In this document: positions 9,709-19,968 of the stretch, one piece after another
Layout of the letters: each line of letters opens with the position of its first letter
How positions within the stretch are numbered: position 1 is the first letter of the stretch
Source: Candidatus Poribacteria bacterium
Lineage (GTDB): Bacteria; Poribacteria; WGA-4E; WGA-3G
DNA: 64,000 nucleotides
Assembly: GCA_965214095.1 (NCBI GenBank)
Contig: OZ243938.1
Span: 3,552,001 to 3,616,000 of the forward strand
Direction: 5' to 3'
Notes under the pieces: generated by a model
What the model was told of the DNA's origin: nothing
Database searches by the model: none
What the model saw: the letters and a program-made list of their open reading frames with translations, nothing else
Translations under genes and position numbers: made by a program

Positions 9709-11237
9709 TACGTCCCTGCTGCACATCGCAAGATATCCTCTTGCGTCAAATTATCGTTTGCAAATTCACCGGTAATTCTGCCTTCATGCAATACCAAAAC
9801 TCGATCACTCATCCCTAAAATCTCTGGCAGTTCCGATGATACTAACACGATAGCGACACCATCGTCCGCAAGTTGTGCTGTCAACGCATGAATCTCTGCT
9901 TTCGCTCCAACATCAATCCCCCGTGTCGGTTCGTCAAGAAACAGCACTTTCGGACGAGTCATCAACCATTTGCCTAAAACAACCTTCTGTTGATTTCCGC
10001 CGCTCAACTGACGAACAGGAACATCTAATGATGCTGTCTTTATGCGGAGCGTGTCAACAGATTCACTACTCTTTTGATACTCCATCTTACGATTGATAAC
10101 TCCCAATGCAGTGAGTTCTTTCGATTCTCCGATACTTGCGAGTGTCATGTTACGGACTATATCGTTGTCCAAAATCAATCCATACTGTTTCCGATCTTCA
10201 CTGACCAACGCCATTCCGTTTCGTATAGCATCCTTCGGTGAACGGAACTGAACAGGAATACTATCTCTATAGACCTTACCACGCCACTTTCCTGAATACG
10301 CCCCAAAAATAGTGTTTATTAACTCTGTCCTACCTGCTCCCATCAGTCCTGCGATACCGAGTATCTCACCACGCCGCACCTCAAAGCTGATGTTTTCAAG
10401 GTGTAGTGGTTCAGTTGGATATGTGCATAAATTCTCAACCTGTAACGCTACATCATTCCCATTTGTTGATGATGTGATATGTTCACGATTTGGATAAAGT
10501 GCCGTCAATTCCCTTCCGACCATCTGTGAAATCAACAAGTCTTCCGTACATTCCCCAATTGATTGCGTTGCAACTGTCTTACCATCGCGAAGCACAGTCA
10601 CTCTATCTGAAATCCGAAATATTTCCTTAAGTTTGTGGGTAATGTAGATACATGCAACGTCTTCATCTCGTAGTTGTGTTAGAATTTGGTGGAGGATGTC
10701 CACTTCACTTTCGGTCAACGCTGCTGTAGGTTCATCAAGCACGAGCATCCGCGCATCTCGTGACAATGCCTTCGCTATCTCAACCAGCTGCTGCTGCCCT
10801 ATTCCTAGTTTATAGACCTGTCCGTGTAGCGGAATGTCCAACCCAAACTGTGCCAACAACCTACCCGCATCATTATATAGTCGTTCCTTGTCAATTATAC
10901 CAAAACGTTGAGGTTCCTGACCCAGATAGATGTTCTCAGCGACCGTCATCTCAGGAATCAGTGCTAATTCCTGATGAATTACAGCAATACCTGCACTTTC
11001 CGCATCGCGCACATGACGGAATTGTTGTTCAGAACCATTGATAAGGAGTTGTCCATCGTAAGTGCTGTACGGATGCACTGCACCGAGAATCTTGATCAGA
11101 GTTGATTTACCAGCACCATTTTCGCCACAGAGCGCGTGAATCTCCGCAGAATGCACCTCAAAATTCACGTCATCTAACGCACGCACACCCGGGAAATCCT
11201 TTGTAATCCCCTGCATCCTGAGAAGTGTCACTGCCAT
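9708..11237 (-). CDS. Sugar ABC transporter ATP-binding protein (XylG/RbsA-like, two NBDs)
   Basis: GENGAGKST, LDEPT, LSGGNQQK, DEPTRGIDVGAK. Confidence 0.92.
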   Translation of the reverse strand: MAVTLLRMQGITKDFPGVRALDDVNFEVHSAEIHALCGENGAGKSTLIKILGAVHPYSTYDGQLLINGSEQQFRHVRDAESAGIAVIHQELALIPEMTVAENIYLGQEPQRFGIIDKERLYNDAGRLLAQFGLDIPLHGQVYKLGIGQQQLVEIAKALSRDARMLVLDEPTAALTESEVDILHQILTQLRDEDVACIYITHKLKEIFRISDRVTVLRDGKTVATQSIGECTEDLLISQMVGRELTALYPNREHITSSTNGNDVALQVENLCTYPTEPLHLENISFEVRRGEILGIAGLMGAGRTELINTIFGAYSGKWRGKVYRDSIPVQFRSPKDAIRNGMALVSEDRKQYGLILDNDIVRNMTLASIGESKELTALGVINRKMEYQKSSESVDTLRIKTASLDVPVRQLSGGNQQKVVLGKWLMTRPKVLFLDEPTRGIDVGAKAEIHALTAQLADDGVAIVLVSSELPEILGMSDRVLVLHEGRITGEFANDNLTQEDILRCAAGT

Positions 11238-11353
11238 AATATTGAAACTCCAACGTTGAGATTCAAGTTATTATAGCAGGATAAAGTGGTGGTTTCAAGT
11301 TTTTTGTCATTTGAAAAAACGCTATGAATATGTATATCTCAATTAGTATAACA

Positions 11354-14300
11354 CTACACCTGCTCAACACTCAACATAGCAGGTTCACCATTCAGTTTCT
11401 GCTCAAGACTAAACGCACCTCCACTCGGTGATTCAACAACTTCAGTCGTTAAAGTCTCACTCAGAATATACTCTCGATGCACTTCAAACGCTTCCGATAC
11501 AAGCTCGGATGATGTCCCCACGCAGAGCCTAATCCGATCAGACACATTAAAATCCGCATCCTTCCGCATATTCTGGATTTTATTGACAAGTTCGCGCGCC
11601 ATCCCTTCGAGCACCAATTCATGCGTTAGTTCTGTTGACAATGCAACAAATTTCCTTGCATCCACTTCTACAAAGAAACCCTCTCTATTCTGTGTCTGCA
11701 CATCAATCTCAGATTGCTCAACCGTATAGGTCTCACCGGACGTTTCTATCTCTAAACTCCCATTCGCTTCCAATTCTGCTTTCAACTGCATTGCATCGGC
11801 AGCAGCGAGTGCTTTTGCGATTGCCTGCACACCTTTGCCATACTTCGGTCCCAATACCTTGAAGTTCGGTTTGAGCGTAACCTGTGCAAACGTGTCCAAT
11901 TCTTCAGTGAAAACTATTCCCTTAACATTCAACTCATCATGAACAAAAGATGATAGTCGATTGATTGTCTCTTTTTCTGAGTCAGATAATCCACCGAGTG
12001 TGATGTCAGCAAGCGGTTGGCGCGTCTTAATGCCGGAACGATTCCGTGCAGCATGTCCCATGCTGATAACATCGCGTGTGAAAGTCATATCGGTTTCTAA
12101 TGTTGTATCTATTAACGCGTCATCTGCAGTTGGGAATTCTGCCAGGTGAACGCTTAGCGGTGCATCGTCGTCCAATGAAACGACCAAGTTACGATAGAGT
12201 TCATCTGCCAAAAATGGAATAAAGGGTGCAGCAAGTTTGGCAACGGTAACAAGTACTTCATACAATGTCGCGTAGGCTGCCTGCTTGTCCTGTCCTGCCT
12301 CTGCACCCCAAAAGCGATCACGGGAACGCCGAACATACCAGTTGCTAAGATCCTCTACAAAAGCTTCAATAGCACGCGGGGCATTCGTCAAGTGATAGTT
12401 TTCCATGTCATCGCGCACCTTATTTATCAAGGTATGCAATCTGGACAAAATCCACCTGTCTATCGTCGCACGTTCAGAAATTGGTGGTGCATCTTCCAGT
12501 ACATCAACCTGTTCTAAATTGGCATACATCACAAAGAAACTATAGACATTTTGTAACGTTCCCATGAACTTTTTCAACGCTTCATCAATACCTTCCAGTT
12601 GGAAAGTCCGTTGTGCCCATGGCGGTGATCCTGTGAACATATACCAACGCATTGCATCAGCACCCTGATTATCCAAAATTGTCCACGGGTCCACGGTGTT
12701 TCCTCGACTCTTACTCATCTTCTGTCCATCCGAAGCGAGAATTAACTCCAGACAGAGGCAGTTTTTATATGCCGGTTTGTCATAAAGGAGAGTACCAGTT
12801 GCCAAAAGACTGTAGAACCATCCACGAGTCTGGTCAATCGCTTCCGAAATAAAATCTGCGGGATACGCCCGTTCAAACAACTCCTTGTTTTCAAAAGGAT
12901 AGTGCCATTGTGCAGTGTGTGCACACCCTGAGTCGAACCAACAATCAATCACATCTTGAATGCGATGCATTGTGCCACTACATTTATCACAATTAAGCAC
13001 AACATCGTCAACATAAGGACGGTGGAGTTCAATATCATCTGGTACATCACGACCAAGTTCCTTCAGTTCCGCGATACTTCCGATACAGTGTTGATGTCCA
13101 CATGCATCACATATCCAAACAGGCAGCGGTGTCCCCCAATATCGTTCTCGACTCAACCCCCAATCAATGTTGTTTTCCAACCAATTACCAAATCGTCCAT
13201 CCTTGATATGTTCCGGATACCAGTTGATCTCCTGATTGTGCTGTTGCATTTGGTCTCGGATGGCTGTCGTGCGGATAAACCACGATTCGCGCGCATAATA
13301 CAGCAACGGATTATCGCATCTCCAACAGAACGGATATTGGTGCGTGTACTCAGTTTCCTTGAATAACAATCCGCGGTCATCCAAGTTCTCTATAATCATC
13401 GGATCGGCATCTTTAACATATTCACCAGACCACACATCCTGAACCTCTGGTACAAACTTACCATCCGAACCTACCAACTGCACGAGCGGTAGGTTGTGTT
13501 TTTGTCCAATATCGTAGTCATCCTGTCCGAAGGCGGGAGCAATATGGACTAATCCACTACCCTCTGTGGTAGTTACGAAGTCGCCACTAACGATGTAATG
13601 CGATCTTTCAGTATGCTGTCCACTGTCAAAAAGTGGTTCGTAATCCCAGTTAAGTAAGTCCCTGCCTTTATAGTTTTCAACAATCTGCGGAAGATCATCA
13701 CCGAACAAACTTTCCAAACATTCCTTCGCAAGAATTAGAGTTTTGCCATTATCTTCAACAGCGACATAATCGTAATCTTCACCCACAGCAACTGCAACGT
13801 TAGAAGGCAACGTCCACGGTGTCGTTGTCCACACAAGCAGATAGGTATTTTCTCTATTTTTCAGTGGAAATCGTACAAAGATAGATGGGTCTGCAACCTC
13901 TTGGTAACCGAGTGCAACTTCATGGCTTGCCAACGTTGTGCCACACCGATAGCAATACGGCTGCACCTTATGTCCTTGATACAACAACTTCTTATCCCAC
14001 GCTTGCCGCAACACCCACCACACGCTCTCAATATAATCATTTGACAACGTGATATATGCCTCATCTAAGTTCACCCAAAATCCGATACGTTCCGTCATCT
14101 CACGCCAATCTTGCTCATATTGAAAGACATTTTCCTTGCACTTCTCAATAAAATTTTGAACGCCGTAAGCCTCCAGTTCCGCTTTATTTGTGATGTTGAG
14201 TTGCTTTTCAACCTGATATTCAACGGGAAGTCCGTGCGTGTCCCATCCTGCTTTTCTGTGGACATAGTGACCAGTCATCGTCTTGTATCGACAAACAGCA

Positions 14301-14497
14301 TCCTTCATGATGCGTGCAAGGACGTGATGCACACCTGGTGGTGCATTTGCAAATGGCGGTCCTTCAAGGAAAACAAACGGTGGCGCGTCTTTGTACATCT
14401 CCATGCTCTTCTCAAAAATGTCATTTTCACGCCAGAACGCAAGCGTCTGTTTCTCCTTTTCTGCAAAGGTAAATTGTGGTGATACCTCTTCAAACAT
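11354..14497 (-). CDS. ileS: Isoleucyl-tRNA synthetase, type 2 (IleRS2) with GVHH in place of HIGH
   Basis: GPPFAN..GVHH, GWDTHGLP, WTTTPWTL, DQTRGWF, KMSKS; long IleRS2-type C-terminus. Confidence 0.97.
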   Translation of the reverse strand: MFEEVSPQFTFAEKEKQTLAFWRENDIFEKSMEMYKDAPPFVFLEGPPFANAPPGVHHVLARIMKDAVCRYKTMTGHYVHRKAGWDTHGLPVEYQVEKQLNITNKAELEAYGVQNFIEKCKENVFQYEQDWREMTERIGFWVNLDEAYITLSNDYIESVWWVLRQAWDKKLLYQGHKVQPYCYRCGTTLASHEVALGYQEVADPSIFVRFPLKNRENTYLLVWTTTPWTLPSNVAVAVGEDYDYVAVEDNGKTLILAKECLESLFGDDLPQIVENYKGRDLLNWDYEPLFDSGQHTERSHYIVSGDFVTTTEGSGLVHIAPAFGQDDYDIGQKHNLPLVQLVGSDGKFVPEVQDVWSGEYVKDADPMIIENLDDRGLLFKETEYTHQYPFCWRCDNPLLYYARESWFIRTTAIRDQMQQHNQEINWYPEHIKDGRFGNWLENNIDWGLSRERYWGTPLPVWICDACGHQHCIGSIAELKELGRDVPDDIELHRPYVDDVVLNCDKCSGTMHRIQDVIDCWFDSGCAHTAQWHYPFENKELFERAYPADFISEAIDQTRGWFYSLLATGTLLYDKPAYKNCLCLELILASDGQKMSKSRGNTVDPWTILDNQGADAMRWYMFTGSPPWAQRTFQLEGIDEALKKFMGTLQNVYSFFVMYANLEQVDVLEDAPPISERATIDRWILSRLHTLINKVRDDMENYHLTNAPRAIEAFVEDLSNWYVRRSRDRFWGAEAGQDKQAAYATLYEVLVTVAKLAAPFIPFLADELYRNLVVSLDDDAPLSVHLAEFPTADDALIDTTLETDMTFTRDVISMGHAARNRSGIKTRQPLADITLGGLSDSEKETINRLSSFVHDELNVKGIVFTEELDTFAQVTLKPNFKVLGPKYGKGVQAIAKALAAADAMQLKAELEANGSLEIETSGETYTVEQSEIDVQTQNREGFFVEVDARKFVALSTELTHELVLEGMARELVNKIQNMRKDADFNVSDRIRLCVGTSSELVSEAFEVHREYILSETLTTEVVESPSGGAFSLEQKLNGEPAMLSVEQV

Positions 14498-14523
14498 ACG
14501 AAATTCCTCTCACGATTTTAGTT

Positions 14524-14659
14524 TAAGTAAAAACCATAATTATTTACACACTACGGTAGGTTCGGTTACCTAACCGGACCGGTGTTTGTTCAGTCTCATA
14601 TATGCGATTAGGAAACTGCATCTACCGGGAGTGTGCACGTATTATTACATTTCACTATA
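14524..14659 (-). mobile_element. MITE-like TATAGT-ended element carrying a REP doublet (copy 1)
   Basis: Near-identical reverse complement of 22224-22361 and 56411-56547. Confidence 0.85.
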
Positions 14660-14752
14660 ATGTGTGTATTCAATATGAAGGTCAAGAATAATTTCGGTAT
14701 TGACATAGTATTTCTTTTACCGATAGCTGAAAACTGAAAACTGAAGGCTATT

Positions 14753-14800
14753 AAAATACAAAACGCCCCACCGAAATCCGTTGTTTCAGTGATGGACGTT
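14753..14800 (-). terminator. Attenuator terminator of the ileS leader
   Basis: Minus strand AACGUCCAUCACUGAAA-loop-UUUCGGUGGGGCGUU followed by UUGUAUUUU. Confidence 0.75.
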
Positions 14801-14827
14801 CAAATAATACTTCTTATCTGCTTGTAA

Positions 14828-14941
14828 TTAACCCATCACAGCACGACGAATAGCACTAATAATTCGTATTACGTGAAGGGAGTCATGATGTCGGGCAGTG
14901 TCACACTGCAATGTTCGTGTGTTCAGTGGTTGGTAAAACAT
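14828..14941 (-). CDS. Putative ileS leader peptide (37 aa) with an Ile cluster
   Basis: Hand translation MFYQPLNTRTLQCDTARHHDSLHVIRIISAIRRAVMG*; four Ile codons near the end; lies between promoter and terminator. Confidence 0.72.
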   Translation of the reverse strand: MFYQPLNTRTLQCDTARHHDSLHVIRIISAIRRAVMG

Positions 14942-14990
14942 CAGATAATCTCGTTTGATAACTTGGTTTTGATTGTGTCTATGTGCTTAT

Positions 14991-15020
14991 ATAATACTAC
15001 ATGCCATAAGATAATGTCAA
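14991..15020 (-). promoter_or_regulatory. Sigma70-type promoter for the ileS leader
   Basis: TTGACA-18 nt-TATTAT on the minus strand. Confidence 0.65.
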
Positions 15021-15085
15021 ATATTTTTAGTATAAATCCTGACAAATTTGGTGTATAATAGTTGTAGTTTAAAAGGATCATCGCT

Positions 15086-16567
15086 ATGCAACAAAATAAA
15101 GACATCGCTTTACGACAGATCGGTGAAAATGCCCTAAAGAATTCAGTTGTCCGATTGAATGTGGAAAGTGAAATCCCACTTCTTTCATTACGACCTCAAT
15201 ATTTGTTATCTAAAACTATTTCAGCGAGCGGAAGTGGATTTTTTATAGATAAGAACGTGATTGTAACGAACTGCCATGTCATTTTAGGGGCTACATCCGT
15301 GTCGGGCTATCTCTCAAAGATGGAAAATACATTCCAAGTTGAAAGTGTTAAGGCTTATGACGTTGAGAATGATTTAATTGTACTCAAAGTGACAAATGTC
15401 GGAACACCGCTCAAACTTGGTGATAGTAACATGATCGTAAACAAGGAATCTGTTTGTGCAACAAGTTACGCTAAAGGTGTTCCTAATATTGCTCAGGGTA
15501 CCATTGATGGAATTGACAGAAGTGATAATCGGATTCGAATGAAAATCGGGACTACCGGCGGCAGCAGTGGATGTCCAATTATGAACAGAATAGGTGAGGT
15601 AATTGGGATTGATTCGTTTGGAAACGACAAATATTCTTACGCTATTCCTTCAAATACTTTACAATCGCTAATCGAAAAAACTGGAATAGAAATCTCTATC
15701 ACAGAGTGGCACAAACTTCCACTCATACGCGCCTTAACTGCTTCTGAGATAGGTGATGATATGCTGGAAGACGACGAATATAAAGAAGCAATTGCATATT
15801 TTGATACTGCAATTGAACTCAAACCTGATATTGCTGAAGCATATAAAGGTCGGGCATGCGCAAGATTGGGACTTAGTAACTTTGGCAGGGCAATTGAAGA
15901 TTATCTCATCTACCGTAAACTCAACCCCAAGTCAATCCGTAGGACTGGTTTTTGGTCATATTTTTCTTGGAAGTGGATAGGTATTTGGATTGTTGTTGGA
16001 CATCTCTTCATTAAGATATTACGAGCACTGTTTAGTGATAGTAGATGGTACAGATTGCGAGGGATATGGAAATCTGTTTTTGGGAAATCCGAAGCGAAAG
16101 ATGGAAATCATCAGAAAGCAAAATTACTATTGCAGGAATCAATTAGTGACTTTACAGAGGCAATATCTCTAAATTCGGATGAGGCGCAAATATATAATAG
16201 CCGAGGGTGGGCAAAGTATTTACTTGGACAAGTTGAAAATAAAAAAGATAATGTTGAAGAAGCAAAAAGGCTTTTTCATGAAGCAATATCGGATAGTGAT
16301 AATGCTCTGCAGTTAGGCTTGAAGAATCCAAAATATCGGTCTGCATACTATCATACACGGGCTGTTGCAAAGGCGGAGTTAGGTGAACATAACGATGCCA
16401 TCAAAGACTTAGATATATCCATTAAGCTAAATTCCGAGAACGCCCGTTACTTTTTTGATCGTGGACTTTCAAAAGCATTACTTGAACAGCACAAGGACGC
16501 AGAAATAGATTTTACGAAAGCAAGACAATTGCAGCCGGATATTGAGAAAAAGTATAAAGACGAATAA
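15086..16567 (+). CDS. Trypsin-like serine protease + TPR repeat protein (paralogue 1)
   Basis: GSGFFI, TNCHV, DL, GGSSGCP triad motifs; C-terminal TPRs. Confidence 0.85.
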   Translation: MQQNKDIALRQIGENALKNSVVRLNVESEIPLLSLRPQYLLSKTISASGSGFFIDKNVIVTNCHVILGATSVSGYLSKMENTFQVESVKAYDVENDLIVLKVTNVGTPLKLGDSNMIVNKESVCATSYAKGVPNIAQGTIDGIDRSDNRIRMKIGTTGGSSGCPIMNRIGEVIGIDSFGNDKYSYAIPSNTLQSLIEKTGIEISITEWHKLPLIRALTASEIGDDMLEDDEYKEAIAYFDTAIELKPDIAEAYKGRACARLGLSNFGRAIEDYLIYRKLNPKSIRRTGFWSYFSWKWIGIWIVVGHLFIKILRALFSDSRWYRLRGIWKSVFGKSEAKDGNHQKAKLLLQESISDFTEAISLNSDEAQIYNSRGWAKYLLGQVENKKDNVEEAKRLFHEAISDSDNALQLGLKNPKYRSAYYHTRAVAKAELGEHNDAIKDLDISIKLNSENARYFFDRGLSKALLEQHKDAEIDFTKARQLQPDIEKKYKDE

Positions 16568-16590
16568 ATTCTAAAGTGAGAAAAATACCT

Positions 16591-18279
16591 ATGAAACATC
16601 AAAAAGAAATTCTATCCCAGCAAAACGTTGAAGATATCGTAGGTACAGTTGTCGATTTAAAATTCAAGCATAAAGGTAATAATCAAACTGCTAGAGGCAG
16701 TGGATTTTTCATTGATCCTGACAAAATTGTTACCAATATTCATGTTATCTCTGATGGTGCAATTGACAGTGTGAAATGTCAAAAAACAGGAACAACATAC
16801 ACCGTTGAAGGTATCACCGGCTTTGACGATAGAAACGACCTTGTTGTCCTTAAGATCACTGAAACAGCAACTCCATTTCCACTTGGTGACAGTCGTAAAG
16901 TTCGCAAAGGTCACACAGTCTCACTCGTAAATTATCGGGAGGAAGATGCAAATCAAGTAGATGGCACTGTGAATATCATCCGAAATAGTGGCAAACATCA
17001 CCGAATAGAATTCAATATCCCGACTAAAAGAGGATATAGTGGAAGTCCTGTAGTGAATGCTAAAGGAGAGGTCGTATCCGTTCTCTATGCTGCAGAAGAA
17101 CAATCTAATGAAGAAACACTTACTAATTACAGAGCTATTTCCTCAAATCTTCTCATTCCTCTGTTGGAAAATGCTATTGAAGTGGAGCCGCTTGATGTCT
17201 GGCAAAAGCGGGATCGGATACGCGCCTATGAAGTATCATATCAGGGACAACTCAGCCATCAGCACAAGGATATTAAAGAAGCAATTGGATATTATGATGA
17301 CGCTATTAAACGCAATCCTGAATTGGCAGACACCTACCATAGAAGAGCAGTTGCGATGAAGGGTTTAGCAAGATCCGATGAAATGGTCAGTGATAGCCTC
17401 ATAGCAATGAGACTTAATAGAGAGCAATTTAATATTTCACGTATTGGTGTATTCTTTTCATGGAAGTGGTATGTTAGCAAACTTGCTTTCAGAAATCTTT
17501 TCTTCAGGTATGGAAAGAAATTATTAGGTGAAGATGGTTGGGCAGAAATACAAGTTAAAGGAATATTCCATAGTGCCAATATTTGGATTTCAAAGGGATA
17601 TACATCTAATGCTTTGCAATTATACCAATTTACTGTTGCTGATTTTACAGAGGTCCTCAATCATAAATCAAGTAAATCAAAACAGGAACTTTTGAATTCT
17701 GTTCGCAGATTATATCAAAAGGGAATGAACAATCTGACTGAAATCATTAACAGAAATCCAGATAACGCAGAATCCTATTGTTACAGGGGAATAGCAGGAA
17801 ATATCTTCGGTGAATTAGAAGATCAGCAACGAAGTCCAGATGCAGCACAAAGACTATATCACGGAGCAATACATGATTTTACGCAAGCAATCAGTTTAAA
17901 ATTGCAAGGGTTGCGCGTGCATAATCTCCGTGGACAGACAAAGCATCTATTAGCAAAACTTGAAACGAAACAAGACAAGACCGAAACTGCACAGATACTA
18001 TATCAAGAGATAATTTCCGATAGTGATAACGCACTCGGATTAGATGAGAAATGTGTTCCTTGTCGGTTGGCTATCCATTTCACACGCGGTAACGCAGAAG
18101 CTGCCCTTGAAAACTATGACGCAGCTATTGAAGATTACAACAATGCTTTAGAACTGAACCCGAAATATGTCCAAGCATACATCAATCGCGGTAAAGCAAA
18201 ACAAGCACTCGGACAGCACGAAGCGGCAGAAGCAGATTTTGCGAAAGCAAAGGATTTAGACCCGGATATTGTAGAATAA
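16591..18279 (+). CDS. Trypsin-like serine protease + TPR repeat protein (paralogue 2)
   Basis: GSGFFI, TNIHV, DL, GYSGSP; TPRs (AYINRGKAK). Confidence 0.85.
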   Translation: MKHQKEILSQQNVEDIVGTVVDLKFKHKGNNQTARGSGFFIDPDKIVTNIHVISDGAIDSVKCQKTGTTYTVEGITGFDDRNDLVVLKITETATPFPLGDSRKVRKGHTVSLVNYREEDANQVDGTVNIIRNSGKHHRIEFNIPTKRGYSGSPVVNAKGEVVSVLYAAEEQSNEETLTNYRAISSNLLIPLLENAIEVEPLDVWQKRDRIRAYEVSYQGQLSHQHKDIKEAIGYYDDAIKRNPELADTYHRRAVAMKGLARSDEMVSDSLIAMRLNREQFNISRIGVFFSWKWYVSKLAFRNLFFRYGKKLLGEDGWAEIQVKGIFHSANIWISKGYTSNALQLYQFTVADFTEVLNHKSSKSKQELLNSVRRLYQKGMNNLTEIINRNPDNAESYCYRGIAGNIFGELEDQQRSPDAAQRLYHGAIHDFTQAISLKLQGLRVHNLRGQTKHLLAKLETKQDKTETAQILYQEIISDSDNALGLDEKCVPCRLAIHFTRGNAEAALENYDAAIEDYNNALELNPKYVQAYINRGKAKQALGQHEAAEADFAKAKDLDPDIVE

Positions 18280-18379
18280 AGTGAATTATCAATATAAGTT
18301 GACACTATCGTGCCACGGTAGGCGAGGTTTCCTAACCTCGCCGATGCAGAGTGTTCAAGTAATTTCGCAATCTACTATA
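18277..18379 (+). mobile_element. MITE-like shell with a single REP (variant family)
   Basis: TAAAGTGAATTATC...GACACT / GTAGGCGAGGTTTCCTAACCTCGCC / AGTGTTCAAGTAATTTCGCAATCTACTATA; similar to 55698-55847. Confidence 0.75.
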
Positions 18380-18413
18380 ATATAGTTGGTCAGAAGACTA
18401 AAGGAATACCTTA

Positions 18414-19952
18414 ATGGCACAAGATAAAGACAATACACCATCGCAAATTGATGAAATTAACAGAAACGCTTTAGTCTATATTGAAGCAATTCCCAATACT
18501 ATATTGCTACTCCCTTGGCATATAAAGAAGTTTTTTACGAGAAGCAAAAGTGTTACAAACAAAAGCATGCATAATGTCATTTCGCGCATGCATAAGGATG
18601 CGGACGAAGATGCACAGAAATTTGGTGTCGCAGGGACAGGTTTCTTTGTTGCTCCAGACTTGTTGGTGACTAATATTCATGTTATTGCAAATGCCAAAAC
18701 GATTGCCGCAAAGCATCTGACATTAAAAAAAACACCGGTATACCATCCAGACTTTAAGGATATCCCTTATGCATACAAAATGGAATTCAGCAAGGAACCC
18801 GTCTTATATTCTATCAATGGTGTTGCTGCGTTTGATGCACAGAATGACTTGGTTGTGCTAAAAGTTAATGAGAAATGTGCTACCCACCTCCCTCTTAGCA
18901 GTAGTGAAAATGTCAATGAAGGAGACAATGCGTTTACTCTTTCTTATGCAAATGCTGAGTACAAATGCCTCAATGGCACTATATCTGGTAGAAACAAAAG
19001 GAAATGGTTTGATATTATTACGGATTATACGCCAGGAGATAGTGGAAGTCCCGTGCTAAACACTGATGCTGAAGTCATCGGCATAGCATGTTTGATATCC
19101 CGGTCACAGCATGAGAATGGCCTTAATCCTCTTATGTTGGGCAGTGCTATTCCATCTAATAATCTTGAAAATCTCCTTGAAGAAATGGGAAATGTAGAGT
19201 CGTTATCCACTTGGCAAAAACGTCCAACTATCCGCGCGTATGCTTTATTAACTCAAGCTCAGAGGAAGCTGGCACAAGGCAAATACAGATCTGCAATTGC
19301 TAAATACAACCGATTACTTAAACTCAACCCACATATTATTGTCGCTTACAGCAACCGAGGTGTTGCAAAATCCGCTCTTGGCAACTACATCAAAGCAATT
19401 GAAGATTATGATGATGTTATTCAACGTTATCCTGATTATTCGGCTGCATACTACAATCGTGCTCGAGCAAAATTTCTTCTGGGTGAGAAATCTGCTAAGC
19501 AAGGAAAACTTGTCGAAGCACGACAATACTATCATAATGCGATTGATGACTACTCAGAAGTAATTAAACAAAATCAAATACGCAGTGGAGCTTACAATAA
19601 TCGTGGATGGACGTCGTATCTTCTTGGACAAGTTGAAACAAAAGATGGAAAACAGACAGAAGCGCAAAGGTTATATCAAGAAGCAATATCCGATGCTGAT
19701 GAGGCGTTAAGGTTACAACCTGAGGGAGACTTATATCGTTCATCCTTCTATCACACCCGCGGTGCTGCAAAAGCTGCCCTCGGCAATCACAACGAAGCGA
19801 TTGAAGACTTTGGTGAATCCATTAGCTTAAATCCCGACAAAGCATTGTTATATTATGATAGAGGACTATCAAGACAAACTATCGGAAAGACCCAAGAAGC
19901 AGATGCCGACTTTACTAAAGCAAAACAATTAGACCCAAAGGTTGACAAATGA
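18414..19952 (+). CDS. Trypsin-like serine protease + TPR repeat protein (paralogue 3)
   Basis: GTGFFV, TNIHV, DL, GDSGSP; TPRs (AYSNRG, AYNNRG). Confidence 0.87.
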   Translation: MAQDKDNTPSQIDEINRNALVYIEAIPNTILLLPWHIKKFFTRSKSVTNKSMHNVISRMHKDADEDAQKFGVAGTGFFVAPDLLVTNIHVIANAKTIAAKHLTLKKTPVYHPDFKDIPYAYKMEFSKEPVLYSINGVAAFDAQNDLVVLKVNEKCATHLPLSSSENVNEGDNAFTLSYANAEYKCLNGTISGRNKRKWFDIITDYTPGDSGSPVLNTDAEVIGIACLISRSQHENGLNPLMLGSAIPSNNLENLLEEMGNVESLSTWQKRPTIRAYALLTQAQRKLAQGKYRSAIAKYNRLLKLNPHIIVAYSNRGVAKSALGNYIKAIEDYDDVIQRYPDYSAAYYNRARAKFLLGEKSAKQGKLVEARQYYHNAIDDYSEVIKQNQIRSGAYNNRGWTSYLLGQVETKDGKQTEAQRLYQEAISDADEALRLQPEGDLYRSSFYHTRGAAKAALGNHNEAIEDFGESISLNPDKALLYYDRGLSRQTIGKTQEADADFTKAKQLDPKVDK

Positions 19953-19968
19953 AGCAATTTAGTTAGTT

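Noticed and set aside
14700-15000. T-box riboswitch upstream of ileS
   Set aside because: No UGGNACC T-box sequence on the minus strand; a leader-peptide attenuator explains the region better.
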